A DNA stretch of 64,000 bases from Chrysomallon squamiferum (GCA_012295275.1 CM022669.1:3596001-3660000), one strand, 5' to 3'. Counted from the first letter of the stretch, positions 30,049-46,031 are shown. Translations and numbers: made by a program. Notes: a model not told the origin generated them from the sequence alone.

Positions 30049-30453
30049 TTGAAGCAGACGACTACAGAGCAGTTTGAAGCAGACTACAGAACAAATGGCA
30101 CACAAGAATTGTTTGTGCTGTCAAACAAGCCCGGGGGGCAGAACTGTGCAAGACAGACATAAAGTACTCGTGGTATTTGTAATAGCTAGCTGCTAGTTAA
30201 GAAATATTATCTGAGACAAAACTGTATTTATAAATAATTAAGAGACATCTGTTTAATATGACTGTGAACTTGTACCGTTTCTCATATACACTTATCTGAC
30301 AACTATTTACCGGAAGCGAACCACTCGAGGCATGTTTGTTGATTGCTAATTAATCACGTCCAGCTTCCATTTAACCAGACCTTGCATATACAGGCGGAAT
30401 ATATCTGAAAGAGAACAGACCAGTTTAGAAACGATAGGAGAAAATCAGTGCAG

Positions 30454-30559
<106 letters not shown>

Positions 30560-31705
30560 TATATATAATCAGTAACAAATACACATACATAAACATAAAC
30601 AGATTCATAAATAGTCGAAGAATGACTGAGAGAGAATGAGAAACAGAAATAGGCAGACAGAATGAAAAGATTCATGGCAACTGAAAGAGAAAGACATAAT
30701 TAAACGGACTGAATCTGAAAGCGCGACGTCATTGAGAGATTGTGTAGACGTTACCAATGTGAGCTGAGAGGATATACAGAGAACGTAATCTGTAAAATAA
30801 GTGAATATCTAATATTATCCTTTTACTTCACAGGAACTGTACAATTACTATTTGAAACGTACATCTGTTAACCGATATTAAATATATGTACAAAATGAAA
30901 CACAGAAATTATTTTGCAAAGCGTTCAAGGTAGGTAACTAAATATTTATGTTTTCGAATGAAAATGAATTATCAGCCCTGTAGGCAACATTTTCTTAAGA
31001 AATTTGTTTTCTTTTTTTTATACTTTTTGTTGTTGTTACTGGGACTGCTTATGTTTCTTCTTTTGTTTTACCCTGTTTTACGATTAGAGTGGACTCTTTT
31101 TTATACCTATTTATTCGTTTACTTTTTAATTGTATAATTTATTATTTCACAAGAGAGAGAGAGAGAGAGAGAGGGGGGGGAAGAAAGAAAAAACACCTTT
31201 CAGTATACGTCAGTTCATATCTAATTTCCACGCCTATAATTGTATCAAATTTTCTCAATCGATTTCGATGCCTTATTTTTCTAATTAGATCCCCCATGCA
31301 TGATCATGCACAATCTTAACTTCATCGTTGGCTCTCATTATAACTACAATACGCCATGCACATCGAGATCCTATGTGTTCAAGTCGTCAATCGATCGAAA
31401 CCTTTCGAAACCGGATGTAGTGCGCGGTCTGTTTCAAAGACCATTATACCGGTCTACGTCCTTATTTTGAAACTTCCTGTCTAACTGACTTTTTGAAAAA
31501 AATGTAATTATTCAAGGCTCTCACATGAAAAGTTTCAATTAAAATGAATAGTTAGTCAACATCCTGTACAGGAAAGTTATAAATCTTTTAAAAACATATA
31601 CATAATTTTTAATTTTAAGAACGTTTGTTTGTTTTAGACAAATGTCTGCTATTTTTAACAGACGTATAGCGATACAATATCTTATTAAAACGCCTAAATC
31701 GTTAA

Positions 31706-31742
<37 letters not shown>

Positions 31743-32039
31743 GCTAAACAAAAAACACCCAAAATAAACATAAAACAAAAAATACACAACAACAAGACAA
31801 ATAAATAAATAAATAAGATTATAAACTCGTACAACAGTCAACATAAGGTATTTTTCGTATTGTTATAATTATTATTTATTTATTTTCCTTTCTACACTGG
31901 TCACCATATAAACAAGAAAATATCGCCATCACGTGATGATTATGTAAACAAATTCAGTATTGATCTATCGCTCTGTAAACTACTCTTTAGGAATAAGCGA
32001 AAACAACTGGGTATATATGTATATAAGAATTACTTATTG

Positions 32040-32625
32040 GATATCGAATAGTTCGCAAGTAAAGACTCAGAACACAAAGACGATTTAATCGCTATTTGAT
32101 CGCGTAGTCAGTATGATTTAATTTTCAAGGCATAGAACGTTTTAACAGCAAGATATCGAACGGCTTAATCAAAAAATATTAAAAGACTTAATGGAAAAAC
32201 ACTGAACTACTTAATCGAAAGATACTGAACAATTTAATCGAAGAAGTGAATTAAGACACTGAACTAAGATATTTAATATGTTGATCTCAAAATATTTAAT
32301 AATATGAACACAAGACACTGAGTAACTTGATCGCAAGCCTTACAGCGACTTTATCGCAAGACAATGAACGAAGTGATCGTACGACAGTGAAAAATGTAAT
32401 CGCGAACAACGGAACAACTTGACTGCAAAACGCCGCAAGAAATTTAACGACTTGATCGCAAGACATAGAAAAACTTAAGCCGGTGGTAAACGTAATCGCA
32501 AACAACGGAACAGTTTGACTGTAAAACACCGCAAGGTTTTACCGCAAGAAATTGAACGACTTGATCGCAAGAAATTGAAAGATTGATCGCAAGAAACTGA
32601 ACGCCATTATTACATGACACGATCA
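32040..32625. repeat. Degenerate ~21-bp minisatellite
   Basis: Recurring (t/g)aacgacttgatcgcaaga core, with a higher-order duplication of gtaatcgc.aacaacggaaca..ttgactg.aaaac.ccgcaag. Confidence 0.75.
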
Positions 32626-33313
32626 ATGGGGAAACTTTTAACTTTTATAATTTTTCCTTGCTCCATTTTTCTTCTTGTCAATTAACCAGACACTTTCGAG
32701 AATATATAATCATAGAATTAACACAAGAACATCACCGGCAATATTCAGAATGGTTTGGTGAATATATAAATTTGTTAAAAAAAAATAAAAAAAATACAAG
32801 AACAAAAAAGAAAAAAACGACCATTTATTTAATTATTTTTTTAAATATTTTTTTTCTTACATGCAAGCAAAATATTGATCGACTTGTGTCAGTATAATAA
32901 TGTCTAATAATAGAAAGAAACGGAGAAATAGCAATCGAAATAAAATAATCGATGTTTTCTCAAAGCAAGATATGTTTTGGTCATCACAACGTGTTGGCGA
33001 GGCTAGCTGAAAGAATGAACCATGTCGTGCGCTACCACGTTGCATGTTATCACCCAGTATAATACAGCAGTCAACGAGGTGACGTTTCTCTGTTGGAATT
33101 AATGAACTTCTGTTCGTCTCTCATTGCATTACTCTTATAATATTTCTAGGGCTAAGAGGTCGCTCCTTCTCGTAAGCGTGTCTCTGTAACACAATACTCG
33201 CAAGTCATATTGTAATAAATAAATAATAGAATGGTCAGTTTGCCTGTAAAATATATTTCATATTAACCTATTTAATACTGTTCATTGTGCAGAAGTCCTT
33301 GTTTATATATACT

Positions 33314-33372
<59 letters not shown>

Positions 33373-33436
33373 ACGCACACACAGACATACTCACATATAT
33401 ACATATATACATACATACATACATTCACACACACAC

Positions 33437-33469
<33 letters not shown>

Positions 33470-34150
33470 TACACAACATACATATATACATACCAAGATA
33501 TATACATATATACATATATACACACATACATACATATAAACACCATACATACAAAGATATATAATTGCCAATAAACACCTACACAAACAGACAAATTTCG
33601 CATTAGAATTAATCAGCATGCTTGACAGTTAAGTAAAACTCGGTAGATTTTAAATTACGGAAATAATTTCTTGTTATATTGTTTTAAAGAGCACTGTGGC
33701 GCCATAGACCTGAACAATTCACTTGAAGTGTGCTGTTAAATGTGAATCTAAGAAATTAAAAACATTCACCTCATTTATTTATCGCAGCATTCCATTTTTA
33801 TAAAATCTAACAAAATAACGACGATCGTTTGTCTGTTTATAACAATGTTTCGATGTCTGTGTGCGTAATACATAATACACATATAACGAGACATTCGTAC
33901 ATATATACATATATAATACATACATACATATATAAATAAATACAGACAGATAGATAAACAGATGTATGTCTATAAAGACTACAACAATCTTTACATAAAC
34001 ATAAATAATTCATATATTCACACAAGCATACGAATACGCATTAAAATTTAAATTTTTCACGGACATTTTTATTTAGTGTGTTTATAAAAAAAAAATGATT
34101 GGCCAAAATAGAAACTGTTTTAACATATTATAATTACAATTTAGGTATAA

Positions 34151-34181
<31 letters not shown>

Positions 34182-34200
34182 AAATAAATAATAATAAATA

Positions 34201-34288
<88 letters not shown>

Positions 34289-34840
34289 TATTACTACAAT
34301 GTTCCTGAAACAACGCTTCGACTTCATTATCCTCGCTAGTTGTAAATTAAAATATTAAAATAACTCTGCGCGGGACTTATCGATTAAAACAACAAAACTC
34401 ACCTTCGCCTTTTATCCAGGAAACCAACAACAGACTTTAAACTGACTCAAACTTGTTAATTTTAAAACATGACAACTGTTAAACCTTCCGACCCCATGCG
34501 ATGAACCGCATGTATAATTCTCATAAAACGCTGGTTAAACGGGGGGCCTTTCAAAGATGAAATTGTTGTCGAATTCCAAGTGAATCACATTTTAAAAATA
34601 AAATTATCTAGCTGCCTCGTTTTCAGTCAGTCCCACGTTCTCGGCTAACGATCCGCATAATCTATAAATCAACGTGCCGATTACTTCCAGTACATTCCGT
34701 AGATAGCAAACATCATTCAATAAAGCATAATGTATGCAATTAACGGACAAAAACTTTCCAAAGGTCACTTATTACTCCATTATTGGTTAAATTCCTAAAC
34801 TATAATCATAGTAACTAGTTAACCAGTTCTGCGAATACGC

Positions 34841-34888
<48 letters not shown>

Positions 34889-35086
34889 AAAGAAAATTGT
34901 GTTGGTTTCTAATCAGGTAATGATGTATCCAAGCTTTCAGATCTCAACTCATTTAAATTAATAATGCGTTCACTCCTGACTAGCATGCACGTGATGCTTA
35001 CTTAACATTGAAAGGCGTCCGCTGTTTTAAAATTTTAATAATTTTACGGGTAAATGGAATAGAAACAGAAACAGAGAGAGAGACAG

Positions 35087-35155
<69 letters not shown>

Positions 35156-35264
35156 AAAAACTGAATGAAAAGAATACGCAGAAGCTATTTATTCTATAAC
35201 TTTATTCCAGTATCATTTAAAATAAATAAATAAATAACTTAAATAAATAATAATGATAATGACA

Positions 35265-35330
<66 letters not shown>

Positions 35331-35672
35331 GTTAATTGTATAAACAATAATTCTAATACATACACATTTCTACAGTAATTTTAACTTATTAATTAAAATT
35401 ATTTATAATCCAAAATAAGTCAAACGAGCGTTAAGCACAATTATCAGTTTTATAAATTTTGAAACGTTAACAATGACGTGACGTCATACGGTGTTTACGT
35501 AATGTAGGGATTCAGATACTGCTAAAAGAAGATCAATACTTATTCATCTATTTAAAGAAAAGGGGTAAAGGTTTATTTATATATTTGTTTATTTATTACT
35601 CTTTCTTTCAGATAATATTTCCCTGTGTGTATGAAGTGTGTGTACGTATGTCAGTGAACTAAGCGAATTTAA

Positions 35673-35740
<68 letters not shown>

Positions 35741-37209
35741 AAATATAAATATCCCAAGGTGCATCGGTATGTAAAAACACAACCAACAAATTTAAATATT
35801 TAAAAAAAATTAAGAAAATAAAAGAAACCTTATATACACCACGGTTCGTTAATTAACGGTTTTACTGAATTAGCTGAAATGAAAATACTTAACGTCTAAG
35901 TAACAGAAGCAGATGTAGAAGACAACTTAAATCTATTTACCAGGCTATGTCAAACAAGACAACAGACATCGATGAAGATCTTCGATATTTTCAAATCTCG
36001 CAACACACGTGACTTTGTAGACTGCAGGAAAGCAGCTCTGAATGAGCTTTGGGCAATGCTATATGTCAGCTGCTAGTTCAGTATAATTGTATTACTTAGA
36101 AGATATTTTTCGTGGATTTTATTTTATTTTATTGTATTATTTTTTTTCGATTATTAAAATAAAATTTTACTTATATATATATATATTATTTTATTTTTCA
36201 AATATGGACCATTTATTGTATAAAACAAAACAAACAAATAAACAAATAAATAAATAAATAGCTAATAATACTAATATATATTATGCTTTATTATTTATTT
36301 ATTTTTTTATTTGTTTTTTTAATTTTATATAATTTATTCTTATTTATTTATTTATGTATTTTTACTTATATTATTTATTTATTTATTTTTATTTGTTTTA
36401 AATTTATATATATATGTATATATATATGCTTTTTTGTCAAAATCTTAAAATCTAGTTTCTAAGTGTTTATGTTTGTAATTCATTTTTTATTTTTCATAAT
36501 TGTTTTGTTTTAATTAATTAATTAATATATTTTGTATACATTTTATCTTTCGCTCAGTGTTTCAAGATAAATTTATTTTTTTTATTTTTCAGATGTGTAA
36601 TTATTTCATAATTCTGCGAATAATAAAACCAGTAATATTTCTTTTTTCTTTTAATAACTTTTCAAAAAGTCTTTCAACCTTCTTAGAATTTTGGCAGCGT
36701 GTTGACGCAGCATTCTCTGATTTTGCTAAGCCGTTCATTCAATATGAAGATGTCCTTATGTTTACTTCTTATTAGAACTGTCAAGTGTCTTGGCAGGCTG
36801 TCAATGTCTAACAGTGACAACGCAATCTTTGGAAAAACTTTTCGCTCGCCGGAGAACCCTTAACAAGACGTTTTATTGACTTCCAAATAAATTGAACGCC
36901 GCCATTTCATTATGACAAAATGGCTACTCGTGTCGTCTGCTCCTTGCTTCTAGTTGTGTACAGTGAAGTAGTTAATTAAAAAGAGTAATGAACGAAAGAG
37001 GGAACAAGTTCCTAATTAAAATAAATTGGCATTGTGTTGATTTATTAATCTTTTAAAATAATTACTGCTTTGGTTATCGGTGTATTTATTTATTTATTTT
37101 GAAGAGTTGCAACCATAAACAATAGGTTGTGTGTTTGGGATAGGAAATAGGACTTTATTAATATTACTGTTTTAATTTAATTTACTCATATTTTTTTTCA
37201 ATTTTATTT

Positions 37210-37244
<35 letters not shown>

Positions 37245-37724
37245 CATTATTATTATTATTTTTTTAGGTATCTTGTTTACAATGAAAGCTATTCAACATG
37301 GCACTCAGCCTACGTAGGTTTTAACAATCCAAATGTGTTCTGCAGGCAACATTAAACATCCCTGAATGAAGTTTACGAGATTCGGTAAATTTCAATGAAA
37401 GCAGTTTTCATCAATGCGATACGCAACAATTACCAATAACATTAATAGTGAGAGAACAAAGCGAAAACAACCACAACAGTGGATATAATACTAGTGGTGG
37501 CACATTGGAAAAACATCTATGACAATTGTTTTTAATTTGATTTTTGATTTTGCCTTGAATTGATGTTTTGTTTTTAATTTTTTTTTTTTATTTAGAGTAT
37601 TTTTTTATTAATGAATTCTTTACAATTGGACATAAAAGCAATTGTGTGGAGACCGAAAAAAAAAAAAAGCCTACATTTTAATAATTTTACGGGTAAATGG
37701 AATAGAAACAGAAACAGAGAGACT

Positions 37725-37840
<116 letters not shown>

Positions 37841-38053
37841 AAAGAGAAAAAAACAAAGATAAAAAAACAAAGATAAAAAATAAATAAAAATAAATAAAAA
37901 TAACCTTAAAAACAAGTGAAATATCCTTCGGTTTTTATCAAACCAAATTACAGCCAATGGATAATATACTTGTAGTAGAAATATACTGAAAAACAGACTA
38001 CATCAATTTTTTCCAAATTTTTTCTCTTTTTTTTTCTGTCTTTCAAACTGTTC

Positions 38054-38084
<31 letters not shown>

Positions 38085-38651
38085 GTCCATGCGACATAAT
38101 TTGATATAACAATAATAGTAGTTGAACAGTGCAAAAACATCGACGTCAGATATTCTTACATCTGAAAATGGATGAAGCTGTTTTTACCGACATATCGATC
38201 TTTGCGTGAGTCGGTCTGGTACGATCTGCTTTCACTTAAATTGATGTTTAGAGAATCTCATAAAGCTGATCCGTGTATCCTAACAGTCAGCGCCGGCCGA
38301 AAACCAGTCTCTCTGCCTGGACCACGGAATTCAGCCGTACGCGAGTGTTAAATTTACCTCCCATCATTAATGGATTAGCGTTGATGTGCAGTGGTGATCT
38401 ATGGCCAAGTGCTATCTTATTGTCCATCTAAATCGTTCAAACTTAAAGTTTGTCCGTTATGCATGGTAGGGAAAAAATAATAAAATGCAAATAACGCATT
38501 ACATATTGATCTTTCTCAATAGGGCAGAGTGGGTCGCGAATTTCAAGTCAGTAAAATTTAGTTGAGTGATAAAATAAAAACGGTTAATCTGAACACACAT
38601 ATGCAGAGAGAGAGAGAGAGCGAGAGTATATATATATATATATATATATAT

Positions 38652-38704
<53 letters not shown>

Positions 38705-39379
38705 CATACATACATATAGACAGACATACATCCATATTACATAATTATAACAACAGTAACAATACATTTTATAATTATTCAGGTTATAAAACAGACGTAA
38801 CTGATATAATTTCGCATAACCACGTCTTGACTTATTTTAATAACAACCATAAGTACATAAAGTCTTTATTTAATGATAATGAGTTGTAAAAAAAAAAAAA
38901 AAAAAAAAGCGGCCAAAATCACAACCCTCGATATATCATTGACACAAGGTTTACAATGAAAAATAAGGGAAAGTGCGCAATATGCAGTATTGATCCCTGA
39001 ACCCGTCACGAAACAAGTTGCGCATTAAATCACAGAATGTGTAACGTATACTTCTCCAACAAGATTTCTGCCATTAACGGTAATTGAACCAAAATGTCTT
39101 TATCAAAAAGAAAATCTTTAGATGACTCGAGTTAACATTCTTATCAGTTGTCTTTGCAGAATTCTTCAGACCAATCCGTCTCTATAATTGTTTTCATTGT
39201 CTGCAAACGTTTTCCAAAATATCACCAGTTAAGTAGTTGTACATTCTCCTGACAAGCCTGTTGCAAAGAAACAGTGTGAGAGACACGTTTGAGGATGTCT
39301 ACTGTTTTGAAGAACTAATACAACATATTTCAGACATCCACGTATTATTTTCCATTCCGACAGCGTCGAGCAACTTGTG

Positions 39380-39635
39380 AATCAAAAGACTGTGCTGTTT
39401 GTTTTCTTGCCTACGGGAAAACACATATAAAGGATTTATTTTGGCCAATCGATAAAAACAGCTCATTTTTTTTTCTGTTTTCTTCTTCTTTCCGTTTTTA
39501 TTTCTTCTTTTTTTTCAATTTTTTTTTTCCCACAGTTTTCCTCTGCTGTGATGGCTCATACTGTCGTTACAAAACCCGCCACTGTAAGCCACTAACAATG
39601 ACATAAAGATGTGGCTTGGTGCTATTAAAATATTA
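39380..39635 (+). mobile_element. Degenerate copy of the same SINE family
   Basis: tgtgctgtttgttttcttgcctacgggaaaacacatataaagga...ccaatcgataaaaacagctca, reverse-orientation similarity to 29935-30048. Confidence 0.45.
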
Positions 39636-40161
39636 GTTTTGTCACTGTAATAGCCAGATTGGATAGAAAAATAGAACAAATTGGTATCACCGAGGTATCG
39701 TCAAACCGCTATTATATTTTTATAATTTGCGAATTATCATTTAAATACTGACTAGAAAACATTTCAAAAATAGCCTTCAATAATTATTGTAAATGATGAT
39801 GATAATGTTGATGATAATTTTTGGTTCTAGAATAAACGGCATAACTAAGAATATACAATTACTTTTATTCTATATAATTAAAACGTTAAGCAGTTTAGGC
39901 AAAGTAAGTGTCTGACTGGAATTTGTATAATATATACTACACTTTAATTTTCTGATAATCTGGGAAATCTTTAGGCAAAATGTTAGCAAAGTATGGGAAC
40001 CAGTCAGACCTGTAATCACTTTTGGTCATTTGTAAACCCAACAGTAAAAGTATGAGTAGATGGATCCTTCACCAGTACCTAGAGAATTTAAACCTTGATA
40101 ACATAAGACTGTCCTAAAATCAGATTACTTCTAGACTACTTTCCAATTCACAGTTAAACAC

Positions 40162-40240
<79 letters not shown>

Positions 40241-42389
40241 CCAAAACTCGAATAAAGTGTGTTGTGAAATTAAACATGACTTGATTTAATTTTATCTTAA
40301 AGCAATGAATTATCCAATTATTATTATTATTATTATTATTAATTTAGCATAAATTACGACTGAAAAGAATATATTTCTCTCTGTCTCTCGCTCTCTCTCT
40401 TATTTATTTATTTATTTTTTTTATCAGAAGCATGCCTTTGAAATGTATACATGACAGTACAAATTATTTTGAAAAACGAAAAAAAACGAAACGTAAACTA
40501 ATGTACATAATTTACTAGTTTATTGTTTTGAGCGAATTATTGTAGTTAAAAATATTGTATTATAATAAAATAATAATGATATTATTATTATACAGCATCT
40601 GAATACCACTCTCTTATCTTTTCACAGCTCTCATAAAGTACGTGGCGGTCGGACACTTGTATTTGTTTCTGACTTGAATAGAAAATCTTTAACGGAAAAT
40701 CAGTCCGCCATCGACCCTATGACGTCACACCTACAGGAAAATCGTAGATTGCAGAAATATTCTAACTGTAGTCATCTACTGTTATATTCTTATTAAGTAA
40801 GATTGGAATTTGATATATAAAGCAATCAAATGTAACTCGGAAATATGCAGAGTATTTCTTCGCATAACGATAGTACACTTTACACGGAAGCTGTGTTTTG
40901 AAAAGATACCTTTAAGTCAGAAGCATATTGCTGACTCATTTGTTCGTGTCTGTATGACGTAGATGTTATAACCGTCTAGTAACCATGTAAATTTAATTTA
41001 ATTTATGAATCTGGAACATTATCTTCAATAAAATGCTTGTTAAAAATTAAAGGCTTTTCAGAAAATGTGGTACCGATTAACTGAAAGAAATATAACTCGT
41101 TTAAACGTTATTTACTGTACTAAAGCTTTCTTAAAAACTGACACAAGATTCCATAAGGTATGTCTGAATTATAACGTCATAAAGACATCATTAATAATCA
41201 TAAGATTAATTAATTTTGTGGAAACTAATAAAGCTTTATTTTATCAATGACTGCTATTGCCGTTACTGCTATTATTAATAAAAGCATTTGCAACAACAAT
41301 GATAATAATATAGTAATAGTAGAACGATACGAAAAACAATAAAAGTTGTTAATATACTTCAACGTTTTCTAAAAGATGGTTGTTAAGTTTCTTTTTTCAT
41401 TATCATTTTGGTTAATTTTTGTTAATAATGAGAAGTAGTTTTAGGTTTATGATTGGCAGGATTATTTTCGGTATGAAGCCGTTAATATTTCATTTATGAC
41501 GTATAAATGTTTATTTTTATTTATTTCTTTTCATTTTTACGAAATGGACATCGATTTTAGATATATTACATCTGTTTTCCAGTAATGGTCGCTTGTATTA
41601 CATTTATGACCAGTAATGTGTTTTTCGGATTTTACTTTTATTTCATTAATGCCTACAAATAGCACATTTTATTTTATTGCTTTCTTTTTATGAGTTAAGA
41701 ACATCAGTGTATTTTGTTGTTTGCTGTTGTTGTTAATTTTAATTTTAATATGGAAAGAATGTATAACATCTATATATATATATTATAAAGGATATCATGA
41801 TTTAAGAGAGGAACCACGATTTTTAAGAAAGGGTAGAATAATTGTGTTGGAGATAATATTTAGAACAGCAAGAACTTTGTTATAAAGAAAACGAAAACAT
41901 CTGACAGAGTATAAATAATTCACAATAAAATACTAATACAAAAATTATTCCTAATAATAAACACTTTAAAACAAAATTTGTTTGGGTTCCAACACTTTTC
42001 TGATTTCAAAAGACCCAACAAAAAGAAGAAAACAAATGGAAAAACAGTTTTGTAAATAACTTTTATTTATTTTACATAAGGTTCAATACCGTTTTAACTG
42101 CAGAGCAATATTACAGGTTTAGTAAAATCTAAATTCACGTCTGAAACACTTAGCAAATGGTAAAACAAAACCAATAAATAGTGAATGTACTATTTTTTCA
42201 CTGTAAAATAATTATAATAATGGAAACAAAAATTAATGACATGTCTTTTAAAAGACACAAACAATTGCTTATCATACGTAACTGATATTAATGTTTTTCA
42301 CATTATATTTATATATGTATATATATATATGTGTGTGTATATATATATATATATGTATATATGTGTATATATATATATGTATATATGTA

Positions 42390-42443
<54 letters not shown>

Positions 42444-42707
42444 ATATATACACATAATATACATACATAAATATATATATATATGTATGTATAGGCATAT
42501 ATATATATATGTATATATATAATCTGTATATAACATTGTCATTACAAATAACATTACATGTTATGAATACACAGATATGCACATAAAGACAAATTTACAA
42601 GATGCACTTGTTTTAATGGTTTACATGTTTGAGACTGAACAATCAGGTTTTGTTCTTGCAATCACCAACCTAAATGAGAAGAAAATAATTACAGATGTAA
42701 CAGAAGC

Positions 42708-42773
<66 letters not shown>

Positions 42774-44915
42774 ACATGAACATATTACATTGTAGTTGAA
42801 TAATTACATTGCACATTTTATTCAACACATACAGAAATTTAATGTTAACATTATTTATATAATATCTATGATTTGATTCTGTAATAGCACTTCAAATGTA
42901 GAAAATTAATTATCCTACATTTATATATTCACAAAATTAATTTAACAATTTTTAACAAGAATTTAACACCCATTATTATAGTTTTATAGGAATCACACAA
43001 ATATATTGCAACAACAATAATTTAAAATTTAATTTTTTGAAACTAAAAGTATGCTTTACTACATTCAGTTCAAGAAATATTAGCAGGCTAATTAAAAGGA
43101 ACATGATAATTTTCCTATCATAAAAACATTAAAATCAGTTTTAATCAGTGAATTATTTTCTTATACTAAAATTAGTATTGGAAGATAAAGCTGGGTTATA
43201 TTTTGGCTTTTATTAGCTCACAATGTGAAAGTATTATCCTTGTAGTTCACAGGCTTTGAGCAAAATGACAGATTTTAAATGGATTGGAGATAGAGAACTA
43301 TTTCAGTGGTTGTTTTTCATGTTTGTGCATGATGGCAGCACTAGTCACAAGAACAGTAATGTTACCCTATATACAGTGGTTTTGCATAATAACAATAAGA
43401 ATAAAACAATGATTATGAAAGTTGTTAAATACAAAGGACTGAACTTTCACACAGTGACTGATGAGGACAGAATCACACCTAAGTATTTGTAGTAAAACTA
43501 ACCTTCTAGTCTGCTTTGGTGAAGAAATTTAAGTGTTTATACTGATGAGCAACAGTTTAAAAATTAAAGCATCGAGAAAATAATGAAATTAACAAAAACA
43601 AATTATAATTATCATAAATTACGAAAAATAAAATCATCTATTGGTAATATTAGCAGAAGAAATGTTACGTAAATACAATAGTGATAATTATAATAGTAGT
43701 AGCAATGGTAGTGGTAGTAGCAGCAGTAGTAGAATTCTGTTATCACTGTCAGTAATGAAGGCTTTGCACATCAAGACAAATGTAATCCAATCAAATATAA
43801 AATATACATTTAATGAAAATGTAAATTTGTATATTGTCAATGCTGCATTTATAGCTACTTTTCTTTTAAAAGCCATTATTTCAAATTATATAGATTAGTT
43901 ATCACAGTGAATTAAAATTTGTATTTTTATGCTCATTATTAGATTGATAAGTTTGGCTTACTATATTCACATTGTTTAAAATATAAATATTATAAACATA
44001 TTATAAAACTTACATGCACATCAAGATACAGAAACGCATATGTAAATGAGTAAAAAATGCATCAAATTATAAAAAAATGGGGGTTTAATAAAATATTAAG
44101 TTTATTTTAATGACTAGGTGGTATATATCTGTGGGCACCTTTCTTACATGGTCATAATGAATATCAATGAATATTAATTAATTAGAATGCTGCCTTGAAA
44201 AGTGTAGCATTACTGTTTCTTATGAAAATGAACACAATTTTATAAATAAACAAGAGTCCATCCCATTAAATCTCATCTTCAGCATGCATTTTCTAATCAT
44301 ACAGTTTTAATCAGATGACTTGGTTTCAGACAAGATGTTAAAATGCTTTTGATATTGGTAGTTTTCTGATGTTTTATATAATAATTTAATAAATATTAAA
44401 AAACTAAGTACATTAACACAAAGGTAAATGGTAAACAGGTTATTTCTTTTTTTGTTATTATTATACAGGAACATGAAGGTTGAAGGATATAAAAATTAGT
44501 GATGCTTAACAAGGCAAAAAATTGTACATAAACACACCTACACAGACACACTATGGTTAAGAAAAAGATAACTTACATTCAAAAAATTTCAGTGAATAAA
44601 AAAGTTAATATATTTTCAACATAAAGAAGTTCTCTTGTTATTCTCTATAACAGTTGTCTTTGTTGACTTGAAAATTCACTACAAAGCAATAATGTATTTT
44701 TTTATTTAAATCAGTGCATGATAACAAACTTGAAAAATAATATATTTATAGCCATTTAACAATATATACATTTGATGATTCTCTCAGTATTACAATAATT
44801 TTATGTAAATACAGATTTATAAAGATAACAAATATGGAGTGTTATGTCAATGATGCATTGGTCAGAAATGGAGGAAAACACTGAAGGAAGGAACGAAGGG
44901 AAATAACTCTGATTA

Positions 44916-45110
44916 TCAATTGACCTGAGGATAACTGGCAGAAACATCTTCTAAACGTCCAGATTTCATTCCACGTCGTTTTTAACACAGATAAACACTC
45001 CTCCACACAGAATTATCACCACTGGGATTCCCAGGCCAGAAGATATAATTGCAATAACAAAAAATGAAATTTTATCTACTGGAGCATTTCCAAATCCTAG
45101 CGTTGCAGAC
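44916..45110 (-). CDS. GLMP: GLMP exon 6 (TM helix and cytosolic tail; apparent 1-nt frameshift at 44979-44983)
   Basis: gaccag|G acceptor; SATLGFGNAPVDKISFFVIAIISSGLGIP...; stop at 44966 as written, while the shifted frame gives KKRRGMKSGRLEDVSASYPQVN* ending at 44916. Confidence 0.88.
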
Positions 45111-46031
45111 CTGGTCAAAATAATAAATAAATAAATGTAAAAATAATAACAGCAACAATAACAACACTCTAATGCTGAATACATAAATGGATAAAATTGA
45201 TTAATAATGATGATAATAACAATTATATAAATTAATAAATAATAATAATAAATATATAAATTAATAATAATAAAAATAATAGTAATGATGATGATGATGA
45301 TAATGATGACAAAAAGTAAATTTTGGTGACCTTAAATAACAAAAAAAATGTGTTTATGTTAACGACATTAATGACAATAAATATTAGTAAAAACAAAAAT
45401 AGTAATAATAAAGAAAATAATAAAATAATGATCTTTGTATATCAATGTAATTATTTTTATAATATAATAAATGTATTAAAAAATCTTGCTGCTGGCATTA
45501 AATAGACAAGTATTAAAGAAATATTTTCTTAAAATCTTTCAAAGACACATATCAAATGTACTAGATCATTTAACATACCAGACATAACTGGATCCAGATA
45601 TACAAGGGAGAGATCATAATTTATGATCCACCTTACATCAAGCTAATATTCTAACCACCAGACTACACTAGATGTAAATATATAAAGTTAATACTAACCA
45701 GCTAGTGTAATTAGTTTTGGTGTAAAAACCGTCTGTTGACAAACCAAATGATATATTCAGGGAGTGTTTAGCTACAGTTTTTGTAAACAGTATGTGTCCT
45801 AGGAAAGCATGTATGATGCTGTTCGTCAGCTGGTCTGTCATGTTTCTTATATCCCCAAAGTTGTATTGCCTGACATTGGTGGCGACCTTTCTCGACCTCG
45901 GTGTGTCTTTGTAACACACTGGTTTCCACTGCAGGAACGACCTCAACCTCCCATCACCTGACCCCATTGATAGATCCACTATCTGATAACAGCAACAATA
46001 ATAATAAATAACAACAACAACATACAACAAC

